Origin: Octopus sinensis
Lineage: Eukaryota
Direction: 5' to 3'
Assembly (NCBI RefSeq): GCF_006345805.1
Contig: NC_043007.1
Coordinates: 75,082,001 to 75,146,000 of the forward strand
DNA length: 64,000 bases
Shown here: positions 38,875 through 52,614 of the stretch, piece after piece
Layout: each line of letters starts with the position of its first letter
Position numbering within the stretch: position 1 is the stretch's first letter
Translations under genes and position numbers: made by a program
The notes under the pieces: generated by a model
What the model saw: the letters and a program-made list of their open reading frames with translations, nothing else
Databases searched by the model: none
What the model was told of the DNA's origin: nothing

Positions 38875-39328
38875 GCTGTATCCAACGCAAATATTCTAGC
38901 TGTTTTATGTTAAAATTCCCTACAATGTCATTCTAAAAATATACAAACACACTATTGGAATCTTGAAGCTACAAAAGGCATGATTAATTCAAAACAGTGA
39001 ATAAATAAGCATTGCATTTGACTGAATTATTTGAAATGCCAAAGGTCTAAAGGAGAAATTGCTCTTGTCAATGATGTCATCACTGTAAACATCCTGTAGC
39101 TTTCTGTGGATGTCAGACAGCCAGCACCACTATTCTGTCTGTCAATGATGACATGTTGCTTCTGCTTGGAACTTGTTTTTTGCCTACAATTAAGGAGAAC
39201 AGAATGAAGAGTTACTGCAGAGGATGAGCATCTGTATCTCTACCAACATGTACAGTTTGAAAGGCCTGTGTGAGTTAATAAACGGTTATGCCTACTTTTG
39301 GATTGCTTTCATTTCAAACATCATACAT

Positions 39329-39384
<56 letters not shown>

Positions 39385-39385
39385 T

Positions 39386-39423
<38 letters not shown>

Positions 39424-41309
39424 CACATAAGATGAAATAATGGTGCATTCAGTATTGAGAACCAACCTTCATGGCAGTTGATTTATTTGGTTGTCCGGAA
39501 AGTTCGTGCCGATTTATAGTAGCTTACATTTCGACTTATTTTAGAACAAGGTTGAGTCCATAAAATAGGATCTGACTATACCTCCATTTACAGCACAGTT
39601 TAAGCTTATTTTTTCGTTGAAGAAGGTTTATGTTCCTATAACCTGCATTAATTCTGTAACCCTTTAAAATGGAAGATAAGAAAGTTCATTTTCTGCACTT
39701 GATGCTTTGGGAACCAGACAAAAATTGCTGCAGATCGGCTGGGATGTGTTACCCCACTCTCCATATTCACCAGATATTGTTCCTTTGGATTTCCACTTCT
39801 TCAGGTCTCTGCAGAATAGTCTCAATGATAAAAATTTCAATTCCTTAGATGACGTAAATCACGTTGATGAATTCTTTGCCATGAAACCACCTCAATTCTG
39901 GGAAGAGGGTATTTTCAAGTTAAAGGAAAGATGGAGACGCATTGGGCAACAAAATGGTTCATATTTGGTTGATTAGAAATGTAATGGCAAGAAATTTATT
40001 GACCTTTTTCAGTCCTTTAAAAATTGGCATGAACTTTCCGGACAACCCAATAGTAACAGATCCAAACTGTAACCTGTCACTAGCCAAAATAGAACTAAAG
40101 CAGCCTCTTTTGTTTGTTGGGCTATTATGATCCAACTTTGTATTGAGGGCTCTCTTCTGGTTTGTAAGGCATGCAATATATGTTTTTTTTTTTTAATAAT
40201 GAATAAAACCTGAGAAGGTAAATAAATGTTAATTTACTCCAAGATCTGATATGATCGTTCCAGGCAAGATCTTTAGAAAAGAATATTTTTCTCTTTATTA
40301 ATTTAATCGTTATGTTGTAACGAAAAAACCTATTTTTCTCTTAATTTCTATGTCGTAAAGAAAAGAATTTTTACAGAATGACAAAAGTGGGGAAAAAAAT
40401 CTAAGTTTTTGGTGAAAAAAATTGACAAACATGTGGTTAATTGATTTCTTTACTTTTGGTGTTGTATAGAAAAGAAGAAAAGATTGTACAGGATGGCAAA
40501 AGTATGGGCCTGGATTGTGCGATTGGCTTTTAATGCCCAACGGCATGCACTGCAGGCTGTTGTGCTTAATAAACATACTTTTTGTCGCGAAATTCCTGTT
40601 ATTAGGAAACGATTTTTCATTGTGAAAAAACGAGTATTTTGCCATCATTTTCTTTTTAATCTTTTTATAAAAGTGAAAGGATTTCGTCTATTTATTTCTA
40701 ATGTCCACTTACGATGGTGATTCACTTGACTAGGAAAACTATACGTGAAGAATATCCAATACCAAACTATCTTAATCTAGAAATTGAAACTGCATTAAAC
40801 TTTGGCAAGTTATTTCATCTTATGTGTCTACACACACACACACACACAAACACACATGTATGATGTTTGAAATGAAAGCAATCCAAAAGTAGGCATAACC
40901 GTTTATTAACTCACACAGGCCTTTCAAATTGTACATGTTGGTAGAGATACAGATGCTCATCCTCTGCAGTAACTCTTCATTCTGTTCTCCTTAATTGTAG
41001 GCAAAAAACAAGTTCCAAGCAGAAGCAACATGTCATCATTGACAGACAAAATAGAGGTGCTGGCTGTCTGACATCCACAGAAAGCTACAGGATGTTTACA
41101 GTGATGACATCATTGACAAGAGCAATTTCTCCTTTAGACCTTTGGCATTTCAAATAATTCAGTCAAATGCAATGCTTATTTATTCACTGTTTTGAATTAA
41201 TCATGCCTTTTGTAGCTTCAAGATTCCAATAGTGTGTTTGTATATTTTTAGAATGACATTGTAGGGAATTTTAACATAAAACAGCTAGAATATTTGGGTT
41301 GGATACAGC
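38875..41309. repeat. Near-identical inverted duplication; arms 38875-39440 and 40810-41309
   Basis: Arms are reverse complements with only a few substitutions visible, plus a (TG)n length difference; spacer ~1.37 kb. Confidence 0.9.
39486..40050 (+). mobile_element. Internally deleted mariner element (same family as 24071-24636)
   Basis: TA-flanked TIRs; ORF 39707-39976 QKLLQIGWDVLPHSPYSPDIVPLDFHFFRSLQNSL...WEEGIFKLKERWRRI. Confidence 0.9.
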
Positions 41310-42204
41310 CAAAGATGAAAGACGGTGTTGAAGCTTGTATTTTATAGTGTACTATCGGCTCACCGGAATGTTTGGAAGACACTGTCTCTCGTGACCTAAT
41401 CAGAAGGCTGTGATTGGTTGGGTTGCGCACTGGTGCGTAACAGAGCAAGAGACAAAAGTGCACCAATACCAACCAATCAGAGTAGTGGACACAACAGGGT
41501 GCAAAAGGGCGGCCGAAGGCTAGCTGTTATCTACTACGTCCGTATTCATGTATATATAACAGAGAGAGAGCGAATTTCACTAAGCGTAAACTACATACGC
41601 ATTCACTCAAAATAACACGATGCATTTCTAAGTTTATTCTAGCAGAATGTTTTTCTCCAGCCTTTTTTCATCTGACAATAAGAATAAAAGCTCCTTACGT
41701 GTTTTTGTCATGCGTTTCTTTGCTGGTTTGTAGGACGCACAAACCACCTCTTATAAACGCATTTTTCTTTGCATCACGCGGCGTTCCATTTTTTTCTTCC
41801 TTTGGTGCCTGATCAACACCAAGTTTCTTGTATGTTGGAACTGCTTTCTTTTGCCACCATCTTTATGGCTTGACTAGCTTCGTTAGTCACTGTCGCTTTT
41901 CTAGCACCTACAGCCTTTGCCTCTGCAAACAACTCGCTGTTTTGCAGGCAAATTCTTGGCACTGCTCATTCTCATTGCAGCCAATATTCTTCTCTCATGT
42001 ACCTTGATACCTTGATTTTTTTGCATTCTCGTGATTTCCACTTAGCTGGACGTAGGTTCATCACATTTGCACATCAAGTTTTGCTGGCTACGCAACTTTG
42101 TTCACCTCTTCGCTGCAGAAATATCTTCTTTTTATCGTCTATTTTGTCTCCCACAAAATGACTCGTTGAAGAGGGGCTGTTTGTAGCTAATTCTAGTGGA
42201 CTTC

Positions 42205-45200
42205 CTCTCTCCTTTATTATATATATATATATCCGAACGTAGCAGATCCTTTGGCGGCTGTTTGGACTCTGACTGATTGGTATTGGCGCAATTTGTCTCT
42301 TACTCTATCACGCCAATATGCTACCTAATCAATCGAAGTCCCTAAATAAGATCACGTGCGACAGTCTGTTCACAATCCAATTTTGAGCCTACTGTTACTT
42401 ATAAATATTCAGCTTCTCCTTGTCTCGAGGTCTTTGGTTCCAGACCTTCTAAGGTTTAGCCACCGACCACATGACACAGCCAGTTCCAGTGACTCCGCCA
42501 GACAACACCCATCCAACAGCATTACAGCGACCTCCATCTTCACCGCGACCATTATGTCTCTCACCGACTTCATCAACAACATCTTTACATACATAGCACC
42601 AGCAACACTGCACAGTTTCAACCGATTTTCGCCAAACTTTACACGCACATTACTTATGTGCCAAGCATGGTCATGCATTATAACGTTTTCCCCAGAGCTC
42701 TTGCTTAAAGCGAGAAACTGTAGAAAAAATGTTTCGCACGGGGTTTTTTTCTCTAAAAAAAACTTTTGCAGTTTTCAACCGATATTCTCCGTTTTCTGTC
42801 TCTAAAGTTTTTGCACTCCGTGTATTTAAATTTACTTTTTCCACATCTGCATTTTGTAATTGAAGCTTCTAAACTCTGAGATAATGCTACCTAAGAAAAG
42901 ACCCCGTATTGGTCGCAAAACCACCCCAGCAGAAGCATCGAAGAGAAGGAGAGCAAATGAATCCTCGCATGAGACTGCACGAAGACATTCACAAAATGCT
43001 GCTTGCACAACCACCGCAAGAGCCATGGAAAGTGAGGAGCTGCTTAGCAGTCGCCAGATCGGAAATGCTTCATTAACAGCTTCAGTACATGCTAACCTGA
43101 GTCAGTCACAGCACATTATTCGTCGTACAAGGGATGCTACAGCAACTGAAGCTGCGCGAGCTGCAGACAACGAAAAACAGCGCGCCATTCGCCATACTAG
43201 GAATGCTGCAGCTGCACGAGGTTCAGAGGACGGAGAACAGTGCCATTCGCCAGAATAGAGATGCTACAGCAACTGCTGCTGCGCGAACTGCAGAGACTGT
43301 ACAAGATCGAAGTAGTAGGCTTGGGAATAATGTTCAGAGAAGAGGTAATGCCCGGGGCATTTCTAAACCCTGCAATTCACAGTGGCTCTTAAAAGCATTC
43401 CACTATGATCCCAATGTCAACTATGCCATCTATCCAGATATTCAGATCGGTGATATGTCATTTACTTGCCAGTTCTGAAACGCCAAAAGATGGTCAGGAG
43501 AAAATTTCGGAATGTGCTGCTCCAACGAGAAGGTCCAATTGCCCGCCTCCTTGAAGATCCACCACAGCCGTTGAAGCTTCTACTTGCAGGTACAACAGCA
43601 GAGTCGAAGTACTTCTTGGATAACATTCGAAAGTACAATTGCGCTTTTCAAATGACCTCTTTTGGGGCAAATATTGTCAGAGAGGATGGATTTATACCCA
43701 CTTTTAAAGTGCAAGGACAGGCGTATCACAGGATTGGATCATTCCAGCCTCTGAAAAATGAAGAACCTCGATTTCTTCAGCTGTACTTTGTTGGGAACTA
43801 CCATCAGCAAGCAAGCAGGCGAAACTCCATTTCACCTGGAGCTCATTCTGCCACTTTAGAAGATGATGCATTTTAGAAACAGCTATGTCCAAAGCTTCAG
43901 GTATGCTTTGGAAACAGAAACTACACCAAATTTTACCGTTGTAATAAACGCTGAGCAAAGACAATCTGGGGAACATGCAGGCTGCTATAATGCACCCACA
44001 TGCAATGGGATTGCTGTTGTCTTCCATGGTGACCAATACAAGAGCAGAGACATTGTTCTCAATCGTTGAGAGAATACAATACAAAGGACCACTGAAACAC
44101 AGAGATCCTACGATGCACTTCAGTATCCCCTTCTCTTTGTACATGGTGAGAACGGTTACCATTTTGGCATTCCAAAGCGTAGCACTAACAATGCTGGAGA
44201 GCAAATCAACAAAACAGTTTCATGCACGGACCGCTTTGACATGCAACAACTGCTTCAACCACCTACACAGGTCGCAGGAACTCTACCACCAATTTGCAGT
44301 TGATATGAATGCAAAAATGGAGTCTGAGAGATTGGGGTTCATAAAAAAAAATCAGAAAAGGCTGCGTTGTGACAGCTACATCCATCTTCGAAGTAGTATC
44401 GACAATGATGCAGCTCCCAGAAACATTGGACAAGTTTGCATTCTTCTATCTACTTTTACAGGAGGTCCCCGCTATATGCATGAGAGGACCCAGAGTACAA
44501 TGACATATGTGCGGCATTATGGGAGACCTGATCTATTTATCGCCTTCATATGCAATCCTTAGTGGCAGTAGTGAACTCTTTGCGGGTCAAAAACCCAAAG
44601 ACAAGCATGTCCTCATGGCCAGAGTCTTTCGGTTAAAGTTGATTAAACTGTTGGACTTCATCATAAAAAGTCAGGTACTTGGACATGTGAAATGTGACAT
44701 GTACACTGTGGAATGGCAAAAAAGAGGCACAAATGCAGTTGCCCGGCATAGAAGTAGGCTTCAGTGATGGAGTCTACAAGCTTGTGTTGATCGATATAGA
44801 GGACAAGATTGTTTCAATGGGTGGAAATGCTCTTCCTACATATGGTTTGCCCCAAACACTACGGGAAACTTCGAATTCTCTTCCCACATACATTCTTCAA
44901 GAACCGTCCTACGACATTGAGGCTCTCACGAGATATGTCATCCAAACTGAGCCTAAATTGCTTCCTGACCAGCAACGCTCTTACCGCATTATTGTTGACT
45001 GTGTGCTCTACCGAAGAGGAGGCATATTTTTCCTGGATGCTCCAGGGGGGGGGGACAGGAAAAACATACGTAACAAAGCTTCTCCTAGCCAAAGTTAGAC
45101 AGCACAAGGGCATCGCATTAGATATTGCGGAGATGGGGTTGCGGAGATTTTACTGCCTGGTGGCAGGACAGCACATTCTACATTTAAGCTTCCTCTCTAT

Positions 45201-46567
45201 ATGACAAGATTTGACATTCCTACTTGTCACATCAGTAAGAGCTCAGATAATGGAAAAGTGCTGAGAAGGTGTCAGCTCGTTGTGTTGGATGAATGCACCA
45301 TGACACACAAAGGAGCTCATGAAGCTTTAGACATCAGGGACTGTCAGGATCCCAAGGTGGGGGGAGGTGTCACACTTTTATTACCTGGGAATTTCAGGCA
45401 AACTCTTACAGTAATTCCCAAAGGAACCAGGGCGGATGAAGTCCGAGTGTGTCTTAAGTCCTCTCCATTATGACACCAGGTCACAATATTGCGTCTTAAC
45501 ACTAACATGAGAGCTCAACTGTACGGTGACCAACTGTCGGCAAAATTTGCTGAAGATATTTTGACTCCTGGTGAAGGCAAGATGCCTCTGGATACACGTG
45601 AAGAAATTCCACTCAGACCAGTTTGCACCATCATTAGTACCGTTAATGATCTCAAATCTGTTGTGTTTCCCAATCTGAGGGAAAATTACAAGAATCTCAG
45701 TTGGCTATGCGAAAAGGCAATACTTGCTCAAAAAAAAACCACTAATAATATCAATAATATCAGTGTCAATAATATTGACAATGTCAATATATATATCAAT
45801 TGTCAATAATATCCATGTCAGTAATATCAATGAGCAGCTGCTGCAGTTCATGCCTGGAATTCCGCAAGTCTTCAAGTCAGTTGATACAACACCAAATCCC
45901 GCACAGAATTCTTCAATTCATTGGAACCTCCGGGTCTCCCTTCCCACAGATTGGGACTGAAAGTGGGCATTCCAATAATGCTGCTGAAGAATTTGGATCC
46001 TCTGAGACTGTTCAACGCGGCACGACTGGTGGTGAAGAAGATGGTGCCACGTGTTATTGAGGCGGTCATTCTGTTCGTGTGAGTTTTGCGATGTCGAGCA
46101 ACAAATCGCAAGGGCAAACACTCTCTGTGGCAGGACTTCACCTGGAGGGTTCTTTAGCAGCGCTGCCGAAGTTGGCAAGTTTGTACAGTTCTGTATGCTT
46201 TTACTGAAAAATTGACTGTATTGTACGTTTTAGAAATTTTAGATTTCAATATTCTTTCTTTTTAACGGCGGTGCATCAGCATGGCCGCAGCTCTGAGCTG
46301 AAACTAAAAAAAAAAATGTATTTTCATCAATTTCAAGTCATTATACACCCATATATTTCAGATTTTCTAAGAAAAACCGTATTTTTCTCTATTTTTCGCG
46401 GTTGTGACATGTTTCAAAAATATTTTGTACATTTTTTGTGAATTTTGGTACGTTTTGGCATGGAATTCTGTACGTTTTTCAAAAGCACTTCGCGACGCTG
46501 GTCGTTAGACAAGAAAATAAGTATTCAAAGCGTTCACACCCCGAGCAATGCCGGGTACCTCAGCTAG
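42205..46567 (+). mobile_element. Decayed Helitron (RepHel pseudogene)
   Basis: Frameshifted motifs NIRKYNCAFQMTSFG, FKVQGQAYHRIGS, YVRHYGRPDLF, VEWQKRG, LDAPGG/GTGKT, VVLDECTM, GNFRQ, RLNTNMR, FAMSSNKSQGQTL; 3' CCCGAGCAATGCCGGG...CTAG|T at 46564-46567; 5' end approximate. Confidence 0.92.
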
Positions 46568-48956
46568 TTGTATATAAACTGACACCAGGTTTTTGACATA
46601 ACTAATGCAACAAGGAAACGTTTGAAAAACATGGATTTAAATTTGTTTTAACAGCTTCTCGTATCTCCATTGTTTTGAAATGTGCTATTAAAAGAAAAAA
46701 AGAAGCAGAAATTCCGACTTATGTAGAACAACTATTCCGAAAAGTACGGCAGGTTTCTTTTTTTTTTTTTTTTACATCTGACGTATCATTTGACAAATAA
46801 TTCGACGCTGAAATTCCAACGAGAAAGTTTTAGTTTTGCACATTCGGCGTTTTATTGTTTTACAAAACGAAGTAACAGCTTCCGCAGACAGAAATGTTAT
46901 TCAAAGATCAATTCTAAAAACAAAATTCATGTTTTAAAATACTACCAACCAGTATTTCAATGTTTCCAATCGGTTTCTTTTTTAAAGAGGTTTTAAAAAA
47001 TGAAATTCCTCCCGTGGCACCAAACTAGTTGTTATCGAATGAACTTCCGTGTTACTTTATTATGAATCTCTATGGGATTTCCAATTGAGCTATCTCCCAT
47101 TTTTTAAATGCTCCCTAGCCATTGTGTCGTATACGCATTACAAAGTAAAAGTTATTGTAGTAACAATACTAAATTGCTTGGTCTCGAAGATTTCACGTTT
47201 GAAATGGAAAGAACATCGACTATGTTTCGTACTTTAATAATTTTGGTGAAAATTTTTTTGAATTGCTTCGAAACATGAGGAAGTATATCCGAAATAATTT
47301 GAATAATTTGTTGCAAAAGAAATTAACCATTGCATTAATATCATATAAGTTGAAATTAAAAATAATTCAATTAAATGAAGCTAACAGCAGACTTATCCAT
47401 CAACATTTGATGATGGTAATAACGTTCCTCTTGATGTTAAGAAATTTTTTATTTTGCAAACTAGCAATGTTTGGACACAGCTTGCTATCATCTCCTCACT
47501 ACTTCTGTACGTGTATACTAATATTACTTTAAGGGTATCAAATCTAACGTTTTTAAGGAATTATCCACATATCATCTTGAGGAGCTGACCTATGTGGAAT
47601 GGATAAAAATTCATTCAAATACCGTTGTGGGACCGTTAGATATTTCCGTATCTAAAGATGATAAGGTGATATAGACTTTCAATTGAAATAGGAAATATAT
47701 AATCTGCCTAATAGTAACAAAAGTGAGTAACGCCTTCGTTATACGATCATCAATTTTTGGCTGATAAAAGCTGGTAAGTTACCAAACCAATAAAACAAAT
47801 GTTGAATATATTCGAAAATGAGTGTCGTAGGGGCATTTTTAAATAACTGTTTGATGAACTCGCATTATCAACCATTATTAAAAGATATCAATAAATAGGG
47901 TAAAAACTCCTTAGGTCATGAATGGCCATAGAATTGCACCTTGGAGTTTACCCCCCGAGGCACAAGTCTGAACAATACCAGTCTCCCCTCTCCACGTCAC
48001 TGATGCTATCCAAGAAAAAGGCAAAGGCCGATACAGCTTGGCACCAGTGACGTCGCAATTCATTTCTACAGCTGAGTGAACTGGAGCAACGTGAGGTAAA
48101 ATGTCTTGCTTGAGAACACAACGCACAGCCCTGTCCGGGAATCGAACTCACTACCTCATGACTGTGAGCCCGACGCTCTAACCACTGAGCCATGAGCCTG
48201 GACGTTAAAAAGAGATCAATAAATAGGTCATAGATAAGTGGGCAGTAGTAAAGAAGAGTAAAAAAAGTTTTCATATGGGGAACATCAGATAAAGGGTCAG
48301 TGGATGATTGAAGGGATCTCTGAAGAAAAATACGTTTGGAGCAAATAGAATATATGGGAATATCTGTTGACGAATGAACTGAAAAGAACTGGTTCAATAA
48401 AGGCGAAGAACTATGGCTGAAGGGAATGATTTGAACCATGGCCCCATAAATTCCTTTCGGCGTCGATAAAATAAGTACCACTTGAGTATTGGGGTCAATG
48501 TAATCGATTATCTCCCTTCCCCAAATTTCAGGCCTTGTACATGTAGTAGGAATGATTATTATTGTTGTTGTTGTTGTTATCATGAGAGAGCAGTGCATGC
48601 CATCAAAGTGACACTGGGGTAAAATATACGAAGCCCAGTATACCTATCATGATTACCCGTCTGATAAGGGTACACTAGGTACATGCATCACAACCATATG
48701 TGCGCGACATGGTGATCTCATATCAAGATAAACAGCGTATGACCTTACAGGTGGGGCCCAGTTAGAATTTTCTTCTGGTCGAGTAACCCATCCTGTTCAA
48801 AAGGTCCCTGAATATGGGTTGTTTAAGGAATTTGAACACTTTGTCTGGAAATCAAAGTCCCAGAGGATTTTTGCCTTCCCATTTTTGTCCATTACCTTTT
48901 CCGGTGTATGTTGGCACCAATATTATTATTATTATTATCATTATTATTATCATTAT

Positions 48957-49660
48957 TCAGTAGTTTTATTTTTATAGCGTGCTTTCACTTCACTACAGAG
49001 CGCAGCTCTGTGTGCCTTGGGTATGTGCTGTGATTTGTTGTGATGCTCTGATGGTTATTGTGTGGAAAGTGTTCTGCGTAGGATGTGTGCAGTGCCTAGT
49101 AGTGCAATTTTCTGTATGTTATATGTGTTTGTAAGTCCTGGTGTTTTTGTTATGTATTTGTCTGAATATTTTTTTATCATGCCTAATGCACCTACTATGA
49201 TAGGAATTGTTTCTGTTTTCAGATTCCACATTCTAGTTACCTCTATTTCCAGGTCTTTGTATTTTGAGAGTTTCTCCATTTCTTTTAGAGACACGTTGTC
49301 ATCAGCCGGTATTGATACATCAATTAGAAAGCATTTTTTTCCTCCATGGTCTCTGACAACTATATCTGGTCTGTTGGCCTTAATTTCTCTGTCTGTGTGT
49401 ATCGGCATATCCCAGAGTATGGTTGCTTTCTCGTTTTCTGTGACCTTTTCTGGTGTGTGCCTATACCATCTTTTTTCTGTTGTTATTCCATAATGTTGGC
49501 ATAGCTTCCAATGTATGTAGGTTCCAACTCTGTCATGTCTGTGAATATATTCCTTCTTAGCCAGGACTGGGCAGCTAGAGATAATATGATTTATTGTTTC
49601 TTGTCCATCTCCACATATTCTGCAGTTACTTGTAATATTTCTTTTCATTACATGTTTTTG
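48957..49660 (-). mobile_element. 5'-truncated REL-endonuclease LINE (R4/Dong-like)
   Basis: Open 197-aa frame: CRICGDGQETINHIISSC (CCHC knuckle), RHD, NRPDIVV...IDVSIP...EKLSKY (REL), IIVGALG; (TAT)n on both sides. Confidence 0.88.
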
Positions 49661-49675
49661 GTATTATCATTATTA

Positions 49676-49723
<48 letters not shown>

Positions 49724-51988
49724 TGAGAATACAAAATTAAAATCTGGCAACTTTTGCACAGTGATAATTATGGCTCACTCTGCCGTGAATCTTATGATAG
49801 TAAATGCGTGACAATCTCTGTATTGGTATTTCATATTCTCTCCCTTCACATCTCACTCAATATATATATATATATTTGAATTGTTTTTCCGTTTGAAAGC
49901 GATCGAGTAATTTTTTAGTATTCTCGTTTGTGAGAGCAGTCGATTTTATTTCAGATATTCTCATCTTAAAAATCATCTCCGGTTAATCAGTGAGAGGATG
50001 TTGGTGTTGCGTTGGCGGAGGTTTGCGCTCTCTGTGTGCTGTTGTTATTCTTACTTTAAAAGCGGTGAGCTGGCAAGCTGGACGAAATGCTTAGCGGTAT
50101 TTCGTCTGCCGTTACGTTCTGAGTTCAAATTCCGCCGAGGTCGACTTTGCCTTTCATCCTTTCGGGGTCAATTAAATAAGTACCAGTTATGCACTGGGGT
50201 CGATGGAATCGACTTAATCCGTTTGTCTCTCCTTGTTTGTCCTCTCTGTGTTTAGCCCCTTATGGGTAGTAAAAAAATAGGTATTTCGTCTGCCACTACG
50301 TTTTGAGTTCAAACTCCGCCGAGGTCGACTTTACCTTTCATCCTTTCGGGATCGATTAAATAAGTACCAGTTGCGCACTGGGGTTGATATAATCGACTTA
50401 ATCTGTTTGTCTGTCATTGTTTGTCCTCTCTGTGTTTAGCCCCTTGTGGGTTGTAAAGAAATAGGTATTTCGCCCGTCGCTACGTTCTGAGTTCAAATTC
50501 CGCCGAGATCGACTTTGCCTTTCATCGGGGTCGATAAATTAAGTACCGGTTACGTACTGGGGTTGATCTAATCGACTAGCTCCGTCCCCGCAAATTTCAG
50601 GCCTTGCACCTTTAGTAGAAATGATTATTATTCTTAGTTTAGTGTCTTTTGATTGAAAACCCCCTCAGCTTGTGACCTCTTCAACGACTCTCCATCCCAT
50701 GTGTCTCCTATTCTGTTTAGTTCATTCTGTGTTTCTGTAAACGGTTATTTCTTTTATTCTTTTTACTTGTTTCAGTCATTGGGCTGCGGCCATGCTAGGT
50801 TGCCGTCTTGAAGAATTTTAGTCCAACGAATGGATCCCAGTACTTTCTGTTTAAGCTTGGTATTTATTCTATCGATCACTTTCGCCGATGAGCGGTACTG
50901 CCTCCCAGGGGGCATTGGAAAGATTCAGCGTGGGGACGTTGAAGAAAAGTGGGGCAGTAATGGGTTAACTAAAAGGGGCCGATGAATGTAAATACAACAA
51001 ATTAATGGGTCGTTTAGGTCAGATTTTATTTATGAAATACAATTGTTTTGAATTTGCTGCAGAAAGTAGCCTACATTTGTGGTGGTGAGTGGAGGAGGGG
51101 ACTAGGAATGTGGCTTTGGTGTCAAGAGGGCGGTAGCACGAAGCTGTTTGGAAACCACGGATGTAAATGAATAGACGGGATTCAATTTCCCAGTATTAAT
51201 GTTTATGGCAAGTGATAATCATCATCATCAACATTACTCTTCATGTAAAAATTTGTAGCAGGGAGCGCCGTCAAGCGGTACAAGGTTCTCGACCACATCA
51301 TTCCGAATTCCGTTTCGAAAACCAGTTGAAAGTGCTTTGTTGTGCGGATACTCTATTCGGTGTGAAAGCAAGTGACCTAATGATTAGGCTGTTGCTCATA
51401 TGATCGTAAGATTTTGGCTTCGATTTCAGGACTAGGCGATGCTTTGTGTTCTTGAACAAAACGCTTCATTTCACATTGCTCCAATCCACTCTGCTATAAG
51501 TGAGTAACCCTGTCATGAACTTGTATTCCGTTCAGAGTGAATGTTGTGACTCCACTCATTCACCATGGGAACTGAGTAGCTGTCCCCCATGAGTCCTAAG
51601 ACTTGAGACAGTAATGGCCAGAAGACTTACTTTATTTTTTGCTTTTACTGTATTTGGAAAATATATGAACACCTCAAATTTATTTATTTCTCCCAATAGA
51701 TCTGGAATTTCGAGCTAAAGTATTTATGCTCGTGTGAAAAATATATACTCTTTTACTCTTTTACTTGTTTCAGTCATTTGACTGCGGCCATGCTGGAGCA
51801 ACGCCTTTAGTTGAACAAATCGACCCCAGGACTTATTCTTTGTAAGCCTAGTACTTATTCTATCGATCTCTTTTGCCGAACCGCTAAGTTACGAGGACGC
51901 AAACACACCAGCATCGGTTGTCAAGTGATGTTGGGGTGTGTGACATACACAGCTACACAAACATGTACACACACATACATACATATAT

Positions 51989-52094
<106 letters not shown>

Positions 52095-52614
52095 GACACG
52101 CTTCTTTCAGTTTCCGTTTACCAAATCCACTCAAAAGGCTTTGGTCGGCCCGAGGCTATAGTAGAAGACACTTGCCCAAGGTACCACGCAGTGGGACTGA
52201 ATCCGAAACCATGTGGTTGGTAAGCAAGCTACTTACCACACAGCCACTCCTGCGCCTATATGGACATATAAAAGAATAAAGGAACACACGAAATGAAGGT
52301 TTCTTTGCCCTTGTGTTAGTTAATCAAAATTTGTATCAGAATTGGAATATCCCTTAAGTAAAGAAATCATTAGCATATTTTAAATCTTAAAACTTGTATT
52401 TATTGTCTCTTAATTTAGGAGAGAAGAAAATAAGATGCTGTGGTATTCATATCTTTTCTAAATAAAGAATGTAAAGTGAAACGGTGTCATCTTGAAATCG
52501 AAACAGGAAGATGACATATTAACCAAATAAAATGTTTAAATATTCGACTGGACTTAGAGAAATTATTATTCTCTGTTGTACTGAGTTAAATAGTTGTCTT
52601 TGATTACATTGTAC

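Noticed and set aside
41600-42190. GC-richer segment between the head-to-head repeats as a gene
   Set aside because: No open frame of useful length on either strand and no recognisable motif.
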